A stretch of 64,000 bases of DNA from Sphingobacteriaceae bacterium (GTDB lineage: Bacteria > Bacteroidota > Bacteroidia > UBA7662). This document shows, one piece after another, positions 38,199-46,077 of this stretch. The stretch is taken from assembly GCA_013824115.1 (NCBI GenBank), contig PNNG01000005.1, forward strand, positions 3,075-67,074, written 5' to 3'. The first letter of the stretch is position 1, and every line of letters starts with the position of its first letter. The position numbers and the translations under genes were made by a program. The notes beneath the pieces are model-generated. The model made no database searches, was not told where the DNA came from, and saw only the letters and a list, made by a program, of their open reading frames with translations.

Positions 38199-39791
38199 AT
38201 GCAGGAACAGTTCGATTTTATAGTAGTGGGCTCGGGCATAGCCGGACTCAGTTTTGGTTTGAAAGCCGCACGTTTGGGCAAAGTGTGCATCATCACCAAA
38301 AGCGACGAAGACGAATCGAACACCAAATATGCCCAGGGGGGTGTGGCGGTAGTGACCGATTTGCTTAAAGACAGCTTCGACAAACACGTGGCCGATACCC
38401 TCGATGCCGGCGATGGTGCCTGCAAATTGCCAATTGTGGAAATGGTGGTGCAAGAAGGTCCGGCCCGCATACAGGAAGTGATTGACATGGGCGCTCAATT
38501 CGACCGCGACGAGCACGGCAGCTACGACCTCGCCCGAGAAGGGGGCCACAGCGTAGGTCGCGTGCTGCACCACAAAGACATGACGGGCTTCGAAATTGAG
38601 CGCACCCTGCTGAGCCAGGTATACGAACACCCCAACATCACCCTTTACAGCCACAAATTCGCGGTTGACCTCATTACCCAACACCATTTGGGCGAGGAGG
38701 TGACCAAAAAGCGAACCGACATTTGCTGCTATGGCATCTACGCCCTCAATACGGCCAGCAGGGAAATTGAGACCATCCTTGGCAGGGTAGTAGTATTGGC
38801 TACAGGCGGGGCCGGACAGGTGTACAGCACCACTACTAATCCGCTCATTGCCACTGGCGACGGCATTGCCATGGCTTACCGGGCCAAAGCGCGCCTCGAG
38901 AACATGGAATTCATCCAGTTTCACCCCACGGCCTTGTACAATCCGGGTGAGCACCCTGCTTTCCTCATTTCGGAGGCGGTTCGTGGTTATGGCGGGGTGC
39001 TCAAAGACATCCATGGGAATGCCTTCATGGACAGATACGACAAGCGCAAATCATTGGCCCCACGCGATATCGTTGCTAGGGCCATTGACAGCGAGCTGAA
39101 AAAATCGGGTGCCGATTATGTGCTGCTTGATGCCACGCACATTCCCAAAGCCACCATGCTGTCGCATTTCCCCAACATCTACCAAAAATGCCTCGATATC
39201 GGTATCGACATGGCCAAGGAGCCGGTTCCGGTGGTGCCTGCCATGCACTATTTGGTAGGCGGCATCAAGGTAGATGAGCAGGGCCGTACCAGCATTCAAA
39301 ACCTGTATGCTTGTGGCGAATGTGCGAGTACAGGATTACATGGGGCCAATCGATTGGCGTCGAACTCACTGCTCGAAGCTGTGGTATTTGCCGACCGCAT
39401 TTTCCGCGATGTAGAGGGCCGCTGGCAGCAGATTGATTTCCGCAGCGACATTCCGGCCTGGAACGATGAAGGAACTTCGGTGCCCGACGAGCAGATCCTC
39501 ATCAGCCAGAATTTGCGCGAAACCCAGGCCATCATGAGTGCGTACGTAGGCATTGTGCGCAACGATTTGCGTTTAGAGCGGGCCTTTAACCGCCTGCATA
39601 TCTTGCATCAGGAAACCGAGTGGTTGTATGCCAAAAGTAAGTTGTCGGTGCCTTTGCTGGAGCAGCGTAACATCCTCAAAGTGGCTTACTGCATCATCAA
39701 ATCGGCCCGGCAGCGCACCGAAAGCCGCGGATTGCACTACACCACCGACTACCCCGGCAAACAAGCGCCTTTTGTGGGGACGGTGATATGA
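38199..39791 (+). CDS. nadB: L-aspartate oxidase
   Basis: FAD-binding N-terminus FDFIVVGSGIAGLS, the motif RSLAPRDIVARAI, and a C-terminal ...ESRGLHYTTDYP. The ORF is trimmed to the ATG at 38199. Confidence 0.9.
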   Translation: MQEQFDFIVVGSGIAGLSFGLKAARLGKVCIITKSDEDESNTKYAQGGVAVVTDLLKDSFDKHVADTLDAGDGACKLPIVEMVVQEGPARIQEVIDMGAQFDRDEHGSYDLAREGGHSVGRVLHHKDMTGFEIERTLLSQVYEHPNITLYSHKFAVDLITQHHLGEEVTKKRTDICCYGIYALNTASREIETILGRVVVLATGGAGQVYSTTTNPLIATGDGIAMAYRAKARLENMEFIQFHPTALYNPGEHPAFLISEAVRGYGGVLKDIHGNAFMDRYDKRKSLAPRDIVARAIDSELKKSGADYVLLDATHIPKATMLSHFPNIYQKCLDIGIDMAKEPVPVVPAMHYLVGGIKVDEQGRTSIQNLYACGECASTGLHGANRLASNSLLEAVVFADRIFRDVEGRWQQIDFRSDIPAWNDEGTSVPDEQILISQNLRETQAIMSAYVGIVRNDLRLERAFNRLHILHQETEWLYAKSKLSVPLLEQRNILKVAYCIIKSARQRTESRGLHYTTDYPGKQAPFVGTVI

Positions 39792-39819
39792 TTGATTTTT
39801 GTTAGATTTGTATAAAGAG

Positions 39820-40038
39820 ATGGATATGAGCAAGGTAGTTGTTGAACTTAAGCACAAAAATGCATTAGCACTGCTTCAACAGCTGGAGGCATTGAAGGTC
39901 ATCATGCTCGACGCTTCCCAAACTGCTAAGCAAACAAGTAAACTCTCTGATAAGTACAAAGGCACGTTTTCAAAGGAAGACGCGGACAGCTTTGATGCCA
40001 ACACCTACCAATCGAGAAACGAATGGAGCGGTTCCTAA
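39820..40038 (+). CDS. Putative antitoxin of the PIN module (hypothetical small protein)
   Basis: Intact ORF of about 72 aa (MDMSKVVVELKHKNALALLQQLEAL...). It overlaps the start of the downstream PIN reading frame by 16 nt, which is a classic TA layout. Confidence 0.5.
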   Translation: MDMSKVVVELKHKNALALLQQLEALKVIMLDASQTAKQTSKLSDKYKGTFSKEDADSFDANTYQSRNEWSGS

Positions 40039-40400
40039 TTGACAACAATGTGCTTTCTCGCTTCCTATCAGAAGAATTAACTCATGCCGGTTTAATCCTT
40101 GTAGAGTAAGCATTTAATCAAGTACCCATCATTTCGGTCATCACCCAAATAGAAGCTTTATCATGGGTTCATTCGGACAAAGAGAAGGAAAGAATCATAT
40201 CCGAATTGGTGCAGGACTCCATTGTAATTCCCCTTTCTGATGAAATTGTTAGCCATTGTATCCGACTTAGGCGAGGTAGAAAAATGAAGACACCTGATGC
40301 CATTATCGCTGCCACCGCCATTGCACATGATTTAACACTTTTATCGTTCGACCAAGGATTTGAGGGGATTGGTGGCTTAAAATGGAAACAACCCATTTAG
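40023..40400 (+). pseudogene. PIN-domain (VapC-like) toxin gene interrupted by an in-frame TAA
   Basis: A single frame reads MERFLIDNNVLSRFLSEELTHAGLILVE-TAA(40107-40109)-AFNQVPIISVITQIEALSW...TPDAIIAATAIAHDLTLLSFDQGFEGI. It shows PIN-like acidic positions (D7, E in QIE, D in TPDAIIAATA). Confidence 0.7.
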
Positions 40401-40500
40401 AGCAATAAACGTCATTCCGCCAAACACCCCCAGTACATCATTTTGTAATCAAAATGGGTGAAAAAGCCCGTATGTGCAGCACAAACACATCAAACCATTC

Positions 40501-40592
40501 AATCGGCCCGGCAGCGCACCGAAAGCCGTGGATTACACTTCACCACCGACTACCCCGGCAAACGAGCGCCTTTTGTGGGGACGGTGATATGA
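40501..40592 (+). repeat. Second copy of the last 92 bp of nadB (direct repeat)
   Basis: Segment 40501-40592 matches 39700-39791 with 4 mismatches in 92 (my alignment), including the stop codon. Confidence 0.9.
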
Positions 40593-40600
40593 ATAAAGGG

Positions 40601-40917
40601 TTATTGCCCCTTCGATTGTAAAATTTCAAGCAGTTGCTTTGGGTCCTGTCTGCTGTCCCAAAAGGACATGATGACAATGTCCTCCTCAGAAGCCATATCG
40701 CATATTGAAAAATGCCCAATGTAGCAATCTGAATATCGGGAAACTTGGTCGATTTGAAGATTTTTGGTTTCTCTGCAATCAAAGCGGTTTTCTGCGCTAT
40801 CAGTCCTAATAGGTGTTTTGGATATGTATTTGACTTGTTCCGATGAAGCCAATACTCAAGGACCGCTGTTAATTGTTTATCGGCCGTTTGCGACCAAATT
40901 ATTTGCCGTTGAGCCAT
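40601..40917 (-). pseudogene. RelE/ParE-family toxin gene with a frameshift
   Basis: The N-terminal part (MAQRQIIWSQTADKQLTAVLEYW...KIFKSTKFPDIQIA) is in one frame. The family-typical C-terminus (YIGHFSICDMASEEDIVIMSFWDSRQDPKQLLEILQ*) is in another frame and ends at 40601. The junction is near 40714-40745. Confidence 0.65.
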
Positions 40918-41141
40918 TCCAAGTTCCTTTGCATCAAGGCCTCTTGCGTTATGGTTCGTCCTTCTTGTAAGTCCTCAAGACTCATTTCAAGCATAATTCG
41001 CTGCTCTGGTGTCAAATCAGTAATTGCCTTCTGCTGGCCATTTGCAGCTACCAATTCATCAAGAACCATGAGAAACTCTTTGTCTTGAATAAATTGAATT
41101 TTTTGAATCAACCCTGTTTTAAGCGCTTTTACTGTGCTCAT
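40899..41141 (-). CDS. Putative antitoxin of the ParE module
   Basis: Intact 80-aa ORF that overlaps the toxin start by 19 nt. Typical addiction-module-component layout. Confidence 0.5.
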   Translation of the reverse strand: MSTVKALKTGLIQKIQFIQDKEFLMVLDELVAANGQQKAITDLTPEQRIMLEMSLEDLQEGRTITQEALMQRNLEWLNGK

Positions 41142-41242
41142 TTGGCAATCATTACGGTTGATTCAAATATACAAAAAGACGCATCAACCTGCTTCGTGAA
41201 AAGACTCATCTTCGTCGCCAAGCTGCCTATACCATCTACGAA

Positions 41243-42052
41243 TTAATCAAAGGTAATTTTTCCCACCTTCCCCCGGTAATACTCAAAAGCGCCTTCCTCG
41301 GGCAACTGCCACAAGGCACGCATGGCATAGGGCAGACGCAAGCCATTTTTCTCTTTGTAGCTATCGATGAATATGTAAAAAGGCTGTTTTTGGTAAACGC
41401 CCTTTCCTGCATCGTAAAAGCGGTCGAAGCTTTCGAACTTGCGGCAAAGACCCTCTTCATCGAAATAGAAACGGCCTTTTACCGTAAACCCACCATCGGT
41501 AAGGGTGCCTTCTACCACCTGCTCATTGATTTGCTCCCAGCGCACACTCGGATGAAAAAGCGCCCCGGGTACCAACACCATTTCTGCAAAGGCAGTAACG
41601 AGCGCCGATTGTCCAACAGCTCGGTTATTCGCATGGATCAGTCGCAGCCGGTGGAACAATTTGCCATTCATTTCGCCATATCCGTTGAGGTATAAATCGC
41701 GGCCCGAAAGCGGCATGCTTTGAAACTGCATCCAGCTACTCCGTGCCAAAGGCAGTACGTTATTGTATTGTTCGGTTTTGAGCTCACCCCATTCGCGGTT
41801 CATGCCCAATTTCAAATAGCTCTGCTCCCACGAAATCACAGCTCCTCCGTGCATGGGTTGATTCTCAAATCCCGTTGCACGCAAATATTGCTGCCAAAGC
41901 GGAGGCAGGCTTGCGATGCCAACGGAATCAAAACGGTCGGGCCCCGTTTTGGTACGTTCGGTTTGAAACGCAGTCTTTTCTTCGAGGTACATTTGTTCGG
42001 GTGTAGAACAGGCGGCAAAAGCAGCAAAAAGCAAAAGGAAGATGCGTTTCAT
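41243..42052 (-). CDS. Hypothetical lipoprotein (possibly DUF6544-like, unverified)
   Basis: 269-aa ORF with the lipobox FAAFAAC. Confidence 0.55.
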   Translation of the reverse strand: MKRIFLLLFAAFAACSTPEQMYLEEKTAFQTERTKTGPDRFDSVGIASLPPLWQQYLRATGFENQPMHGGAVISWEQSYLKLGMNREWGELKTEQYNNVLPLARSSWMQFQSMPLSGRDLYLNGYGEMNGKLFHRLRLIHANNRAVGQSALVTAFAEMVLVPGALFHPSVRWEQINEQVVEGTLTDGGFTVKGRFYFDEEGLCRKFESFDRFYDAGKGVYQKQPFYIFIDSYKEKNGLRLPYAMRALWQLPEEGAFEYYRGKVGKITFD

Positions 42053-42061
42053 GTAGCAAAA

Positions 42062-44008
42062 TTACCGGTTTAAGAGCGATATCTTCTGCACCTGCCTGTC
42101 GTTTTCATTTTGCCAGGCAAGTACGTACAAACCGGGCTTCCAGGCCGCTTCCCACGGCAAAATGACGCTGCGTTCTTTAGCCATGGGTCGGTATTGCCAT
42201 AACAGGCGGCCCTGCATATCAAAAAGCTGCAAAGTTTCATTGCCTGAAGCATCGAGGGGCAGCTCGAGCTGCCACAAGCCATCGCCCGTAAGCACTTTCA
42301 AAGCGCGGCCAACATCGGCCGACTGGCGCTGCACCACAGGCGGTAGCATGAGGATGTTGATATCGGGATCAAAAACCAAGCTGTCAATTGTACTCGGCAT
42401 CTCAAATGTATAAACTTGTTGACTGCCATCGAAGGGCAGACGCAAATCAAGGCTATCGCCCCCGAGGTACAAACGCACGGGCAGGTCGAGCTTGAAAGGG
42501 AAAAGGCGCGCATCGGGACTCAACTGCTGAACGTGAAGCCGCAATCGCTCCCCCTCTTGTGACCAGCGCAGTCGATACCTCGGATAACCTTCGCCATAAA
42601 TGTAGCGTTCGAAATAATTGCGCAAGTCTTTGCCGCTTGCCCGCTCCAAGTGGTAGCGAATATGCTCGGTAGTAGCGAACGACCACTGCAAGGCGGGGTT
42701 GTTGAGGTAGTTACGCAATCCAGCAAAAACCGCCGAATCGCCCAGCTGATACCGCAAGGCATGCAACACAAAACTGGCTTTGTGGTAAGTGAGGCGTTGG
42801 AAAAAAATGGTGGTGGTTAATGCCGTATCGCGCACATAAATACTTCCTTGAGGCACTTGCCATGCCGACTCCAAACTGGTTTGCTTCCAGCGTGGCCACC
42901 AATAACCATCGTCGAGTAAATCTTCGAGGCACAAACTTACCATCCAGGTAGCAAAGCCTTCGTTTACCCAAATGTCGCGCCAGCTGGCGCAGGTCACCAT
43001 ATTGCCAAACCATTGGTGGGCGAGTTCATGGGCCATCAAGCTGTAATCCCAACCGCCCATGCTGCTCATGGTGCTGTGCTCCATGCCTCCCGAAAATATG
43101 CTGATTTGCATGTGTCCGTATTTTTCGCGCAGGTAGGGGTATGGCCCAAAGCGCTCACTGAAACGCTGCACCATGGGTGGAAAAAGTTCACGCAAACGTG
43201 GATAGGCATAAGCGGTATCGTGGTCGTACACGTAATTGAGCACATATACGGTATCGCTGGTGCCATTTACTGGAATGCGCTGCTCGAGCACTTCGTACTT
43301 ACTCACCGCCAAGCCAAGCAAATAAGGGGGCATGGAGTAGCTGTGCTCCCAGTAATAAACCACCCTGTTCCCAAGGGTGTCGATGCGCTGCAAATTACCC
43401 GGACCGCCAACCCGCATGCCCAGCGGAATATTGGCCACCAAACGCGTGGTATCGGCGCGGATGCCCAAGGGCTGAAAGGACGGCCACCAATCGCGACAAC
43501 CGTAAGGCTGCGAAAGGGTCCACAAAACGGGAACGCTGTCGGGGCCATGTTTGGCAATCATAAACGAGCCAAAACCGTTGGGATTTACTGGCGGTACACC
43601 CGCATAGCGGATCGTAAAGCGGAAAATACTGTCGGCAGGCCAACCGGCCGGACCTCGGTTGAGCCAGAGCTGCAGGGCGGTTTGACGAAAGGTTAGCGGG
43701 CCTTGGGGCGTCCAAGCTGAATCAACGCGCAGGGCTTGGTCCAGGTCGACTGCCAGTTCGGACCGTGCCGATGAAAGGCTGAGCACATATTCCACCTCAC
43801 CGGCAATGTAGCGTTGGTCGGGGTTGAGCGTAATGCGCAACTCTTGGCTTTGGATCCGTACGGGCATATAATCGGCACTCACCTGGCTGCGTGCATGCGG
43901 GCGGAGGTGGTGCTGCTCCAAGTGCTTACATCCGGCATGGTTGAGCGGACTTTGCCCCCGCGACGAAAGTGATGTAAAGAGAAAAGCGATGAATATAAAC
44001 CGACGCAT
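42062..44008 (-). CDS. M1-family metallopeptidase with T9SS C-terminal sorting domain
   Basis: A GGMEHSTM motif, the HELAHQWFGN zinc site with WVNEGFATW, a signal peptide from MRRFIFIAF, and a C-terminal segment of about 80 aa (TLQLFDMQGRLL...PGLYVLAWQNENDRQVQKISLLNR) typical of a Por/T9SS CTD. Confidence 0.85.
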   Translation of the reverse strand: MRRFIFIAFLFTSLSSRGQSPLNHAGCKHLEQHHLRPHARSQVSADYMPVRIQSQELRITLNPDQRYIAGEVEYVLSLSSARSELAVDLDQALRVDSAWTPQGPLTFRQTALQLWLNRGPAGWPADSIFRFTIRYAGVPPVNPNGFGSFMIAKHGPDSVPVLWTLSQPYGCRDWWPSFQPLGIRADTTRLVANIPLGMRVGGPGNLQRIDTLGNRVVYYWEHSYSMPPYLLGLAVSKYEVLEQRIPVNGTSDTVYVLNYVYDHDTAYAYPRLRELFPPMVQRFSERFGPYPYLREKYGHMQISIFSGGMEHSTMSSMGGWDYSLMAHELAHQWFGNMVTCASWRDIWVNEGFATWMVSLCLEDLLDDGYWWPRWKQTSLESAWQVPQGSIYVRDTALTTTIFFQRLTYHKASFVLHALRYQLGDSAVFAGLRNYLNNPALQWSFATTEHIRYHLERASGKDLRNYFERYIYGEGYPRYRLRWSQEGERLRLHVQQLSPDARLFPFKLDLPVRLYLGGDSLDLRLPFDGSQQVYTFEMPSTIDSLVFDPDINILMLPPVVQRQSADVGRALKVLTGDGLWQLELPLDASGNETLQLFDMQGRLLWQYRPMAKERSVILPWEAAWKPGLYVLAWQNENDRQVQKISLLNR

Positions 44009-44070
44009 AATTGCGAAAATAACAGCCATCCTTCACAAATGTTGCAAGTTTGCCCTGCAATTAAAGACAT

Positions 44071-44104
44071 AAAAAAGCCGGAGAAGTGCTTTGACTGCTC
44101 CGGC
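44071..44104 (-). terminator. Rho-independent terminator
   Basis: The minus strand reads gccggag-cagtcaaagcactt-ctccggc followed by tttttt. Confidence 0.55.
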
Positions 44105-44121
44105 TGTGTATAACCTCGATT

Positions 44122-44217
44122 TTACTGCTTGTTCTTCTTCGAGCGCTGGGCTGCGTAAAAAGGCAGTGCCAACAGCGCAAGCATGATTACGGTAACAATG
44201 ATGGTTCCAGAATCCAT
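44122..44217 (-). CDS. Candidate 31-aa single-TM micro-protein (below ORF-track cutoff)
   Basis: My own translation gives MDSGTIIVTVIMLALLALPFYAAQRSKKNKQ*: a hydrophobic helix with a basic tail. The terminator follows about 18 nt downstream. Confidence 0.3.
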   Translation of the reverse strand: MDSGTIIVTVIMLALLALPFYAAQRSKKNKQ

Positions 44218-44283
44218 GGTTGAAATTGTTAAATTGAAACGAAAGAATGGGTTGCCCAATGGGCATTACAATCTCCGATTCAC

Positions 44284-44634
44284 TCAACCAAATTCATGGA
44301 AGGGATATAATCTTACGCGGTGAAGTTGTTGCAGCTGGCCATGCAGACAAAGCTGTAGCTTGTTGGCGGTGTAAGCACCAAGCTGCACCAAAGGCCAATC
44401 TGCCGTACGTAGCTGTGATGGCGAACGCAAGTGCGAAAAACCGGGCAATTGCTGCAGCCATTGAACCGCGGGCTTTTGCTCCAGCACTGCATCGGGGAAA
44501 GGAGGCATTACCCACTGAGCAGAAGTCAAGGTGCCGTTTTCTACTTGCGAGAGCGTGGTTTGTGGTTCTGCACCAAGCCACAACAGGCCCAACAATACCA
44601 CCAACAAAGAACCCAAATCGCGCAAAGCTTTCAC
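44284..44634 (-). CDS. Hypothetical protein with N-terminal TM/signal anchor
   Basis: 116-aa ORF (MKALRDLGSLLVVLLGLLWLG...) lying 26 nt downstream of the ATPase gene on the same strand. No family recognised. Confidence 0.35.
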   Translation of the reverse strand: MKALRDLGSLLVVLLGLLWLGAEPQTTLSQVENGTLTSAQWVMPPFPDAVLEQKPAVQWLQQLPGFSHLRSPSQLRTADWPLVQLGAYTANKLQLCLHGQLQQLHRVRLYPFHEFG

Positions 44635-44660
44635 GCTACAAAGCTAACTGCTTGATCGGC

Positions 44661-45824
44661 TCAAACACCATTCATTTCGACGGGCTCATCGAAATAATCG
44701 AAGAAGTTGGCACTATCTACCATGTTCAGCGTGGCATGGGCATAGGCGGTGCGAAACGCAGCCGGAAAACGGGCGGGTTTGTCCCACTTCCATTTGATTT
44801 CGTAGGCCTTCATGCCTCCCTTTTCGTGCACTTCCACCAAATCTACCTCCTGCTGGTTGTAGGTGCGCCAAAAATAGAACTGGGTTTCTTTGTCGCCCGC
44901 TGTTTCTTGACGCTTCTTGAATTCGCTTACCACAAAATTCTCCCAAAGTGCCCCCAAATCGTTGCGCAAACCCGGCTGCCTGAAATCGCCAATCAGGGCA
45001 TTGCGGACCCCCGTATCATAGAAATACCACTTGGCACCTTTAGAAATTTCTTTCCGCGGATTGCTGCTGTAGGCAGGCAGTTTGAAAAGGATGAATACCT
45101 TGCTCAGCAAATCGAGGTAGCTTTCTACGGTAATGCGTGACAGGCCCAGTTGGCTTCCCAGTTCTTGATACGACACTTCGGAACCCACTTGAAAGGCAAT
45201 GAGACGCAATAATGATGATAGTTTGCTCGCGTTTTTAATACCTTCATAAGCCAAAATGTCTTTCAGCAGGTAGTCTTGCACCAGATTTTTGAGGTACATC
45301 TCCTTTTCGGCATAATCGGGTGCCGTTACCACTTCGGGATAGCAGCCATACAGCATGCGGTCGCGCAAGGCGGCGTATTCGGTGGCATAGCCGTAATGAT
45401 TGCGTAATTCGTTGTTGGTAAAGGGATGTAGCTGAAAACGCAAACTGCGGCCGGTGAGTGGTTCGCCTGTTTGGTTGCCCAAATCGAAAGCCGAAGAACC
45501 CGAAGCAATGATAGTAATGTTGGGCAGGCTGTCGATCATGAGCTTGAGTATGCGGCCAATGTCAGGCACCGCTTGTGCTTCATCGATGACCACCAGCGTT
45601 CGGTTACCGATAATTTGGCGGTAATTGGCGGCCGAACGACGGGCGAGGAGCTCCTGCACGTCCATGTCCTCTCCATTAAGCACCAATGCTTCGTCGCCTC
45701 TTTGTGCAGCCAACTCGTGGATGAGCACGGTTTTGCCTACTCTTCGGGTACCAAAAATGACCAATACTTTGTTGCGATGCAACCAGCGCTGCAAGGTCTT
45801 TTCCAAAAGTCGGTGTACAGCCAT
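44661..45824 (-). CDS. AAA-type ATP-binding protein with DUF4143 C-terminal domain
   Basis: 387-aa ORF with Walker A GTRRVGKT and Walker B LVVIDEAQ. The C-terminal half resembles DUF4143 (ENFVVSEFKKR...). Confidence 0.8.
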   Translation of the reverse strand: MAVHRLLEKTLQRWLHRNKVLVIFGTRRVGKTVLIHELAAQRGDEALVLNGEDMDVQELLARRSAANYRQIIGNRTLVVIDEAQAVPDIGRILKLMIDSLPNITIIASGSSAFDLGNQTGEPLTGRSLRFQLHPFTNNELRNHYGYATEYAALRDRMLYGCYPEVVTAPDYAEKEMYLKNLVQDYLLKDILAYEGIKNASKLSSLLRLIAFQVGSEVSYQELGSQLGLSRITVESYLDLLSKVFILFKLPAYSSNPRKEISKGAKWYFYDTGVRNALIGDFRQPGLRNDLGALWENFVVSEFKKRQETAGDKETQFYFWRTYNQQEVDLVEVHEKGGMKAYEIKWKWDKPARFPAAFRTAYAHATLNMVDSANFFDYFDEPVEMNGV

Positions 45825-45834
45825 TTTACGATTT

Positions 45835-45941
45835 TCATTTCAAAGATAACCCGCTTTTTTCATTTTTCATAAGAATTTTGAAAACCTATTTTCATTTTTC
45901 ATAAGAATTTTGAAATCTCGTTTTCATTTTTCATAGAAATC
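45835..45941. repeat. 32-nt tandem repeat, 3 copies (plus-strand unit ttttcatttttcataagaattttgaaa)
   Basis: Plus-strand units begin at 45857, 45889 and 45921, giving an exact 32-nt period. A degenerate copy lies at about 45831. Confidence 0.8.
45841..45848 (-). promoter_or_regulatory. -7 box TATCTTTG upstream of the ATPase gene
   Basis: The minus strand reads gggtTATCTTTGaaatgaaaatcgtaaaATG. The box ends 16 nt before the ATG. Confidence 0.4.
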
Positions 45942-46029
45942 AAACGAATAGGGCTGTCTTCACCTGATGAAGTTTCTGTAAAGTCTGCCTCAAAATCAGT
46001 CTGTTCAAACCATTATGCCCAAAAAAGGT

Positions 46030-46037
46030 TATCTTTG
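46030..46037 (+). promoter_or_regulatory. -7 box TATCTTTG upstream of ahcY
   Basis: Exact TAnnTTTG match 40 nt upstream of the ATG at 46078. Confidence 0.4.
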
Positions 46038-46077
46038 CAATCCATTTGCATTTGCAAATTGCAGAAAGTAATCAACC

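Noticed and set aside
38115-39014. 299-aa ORF antisense to nadB
   Set aside because: It is a shadow ORF opposite a clearly recognisable L-aspartate oxidase.
40540-40917. 125-aa ORF taken at face value as an intact ParE-like protein
   Set aside because: Its C-terminal third is read from the wrong frame and from the antisense of the duplicated nadB end. The family-like C-terminus is in another frame, so I called it a frameshifted pseudogene.
44247-45140. 297-aa plus-strand ORF overlapping the DUF4143 ATPase gene
   Set aside because: It overlaps the C-terminal half of a well-supported minus-strand gene. It has no motifs and an implausible composition.
45942-46077. SAH riboswitch or other leader upstream of ahcY
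   Set aside because: I could not find the conserved SAH-element pseudoknot blocks. The region is short, AT-rich and is explained by a TATCTTTG promoter box.
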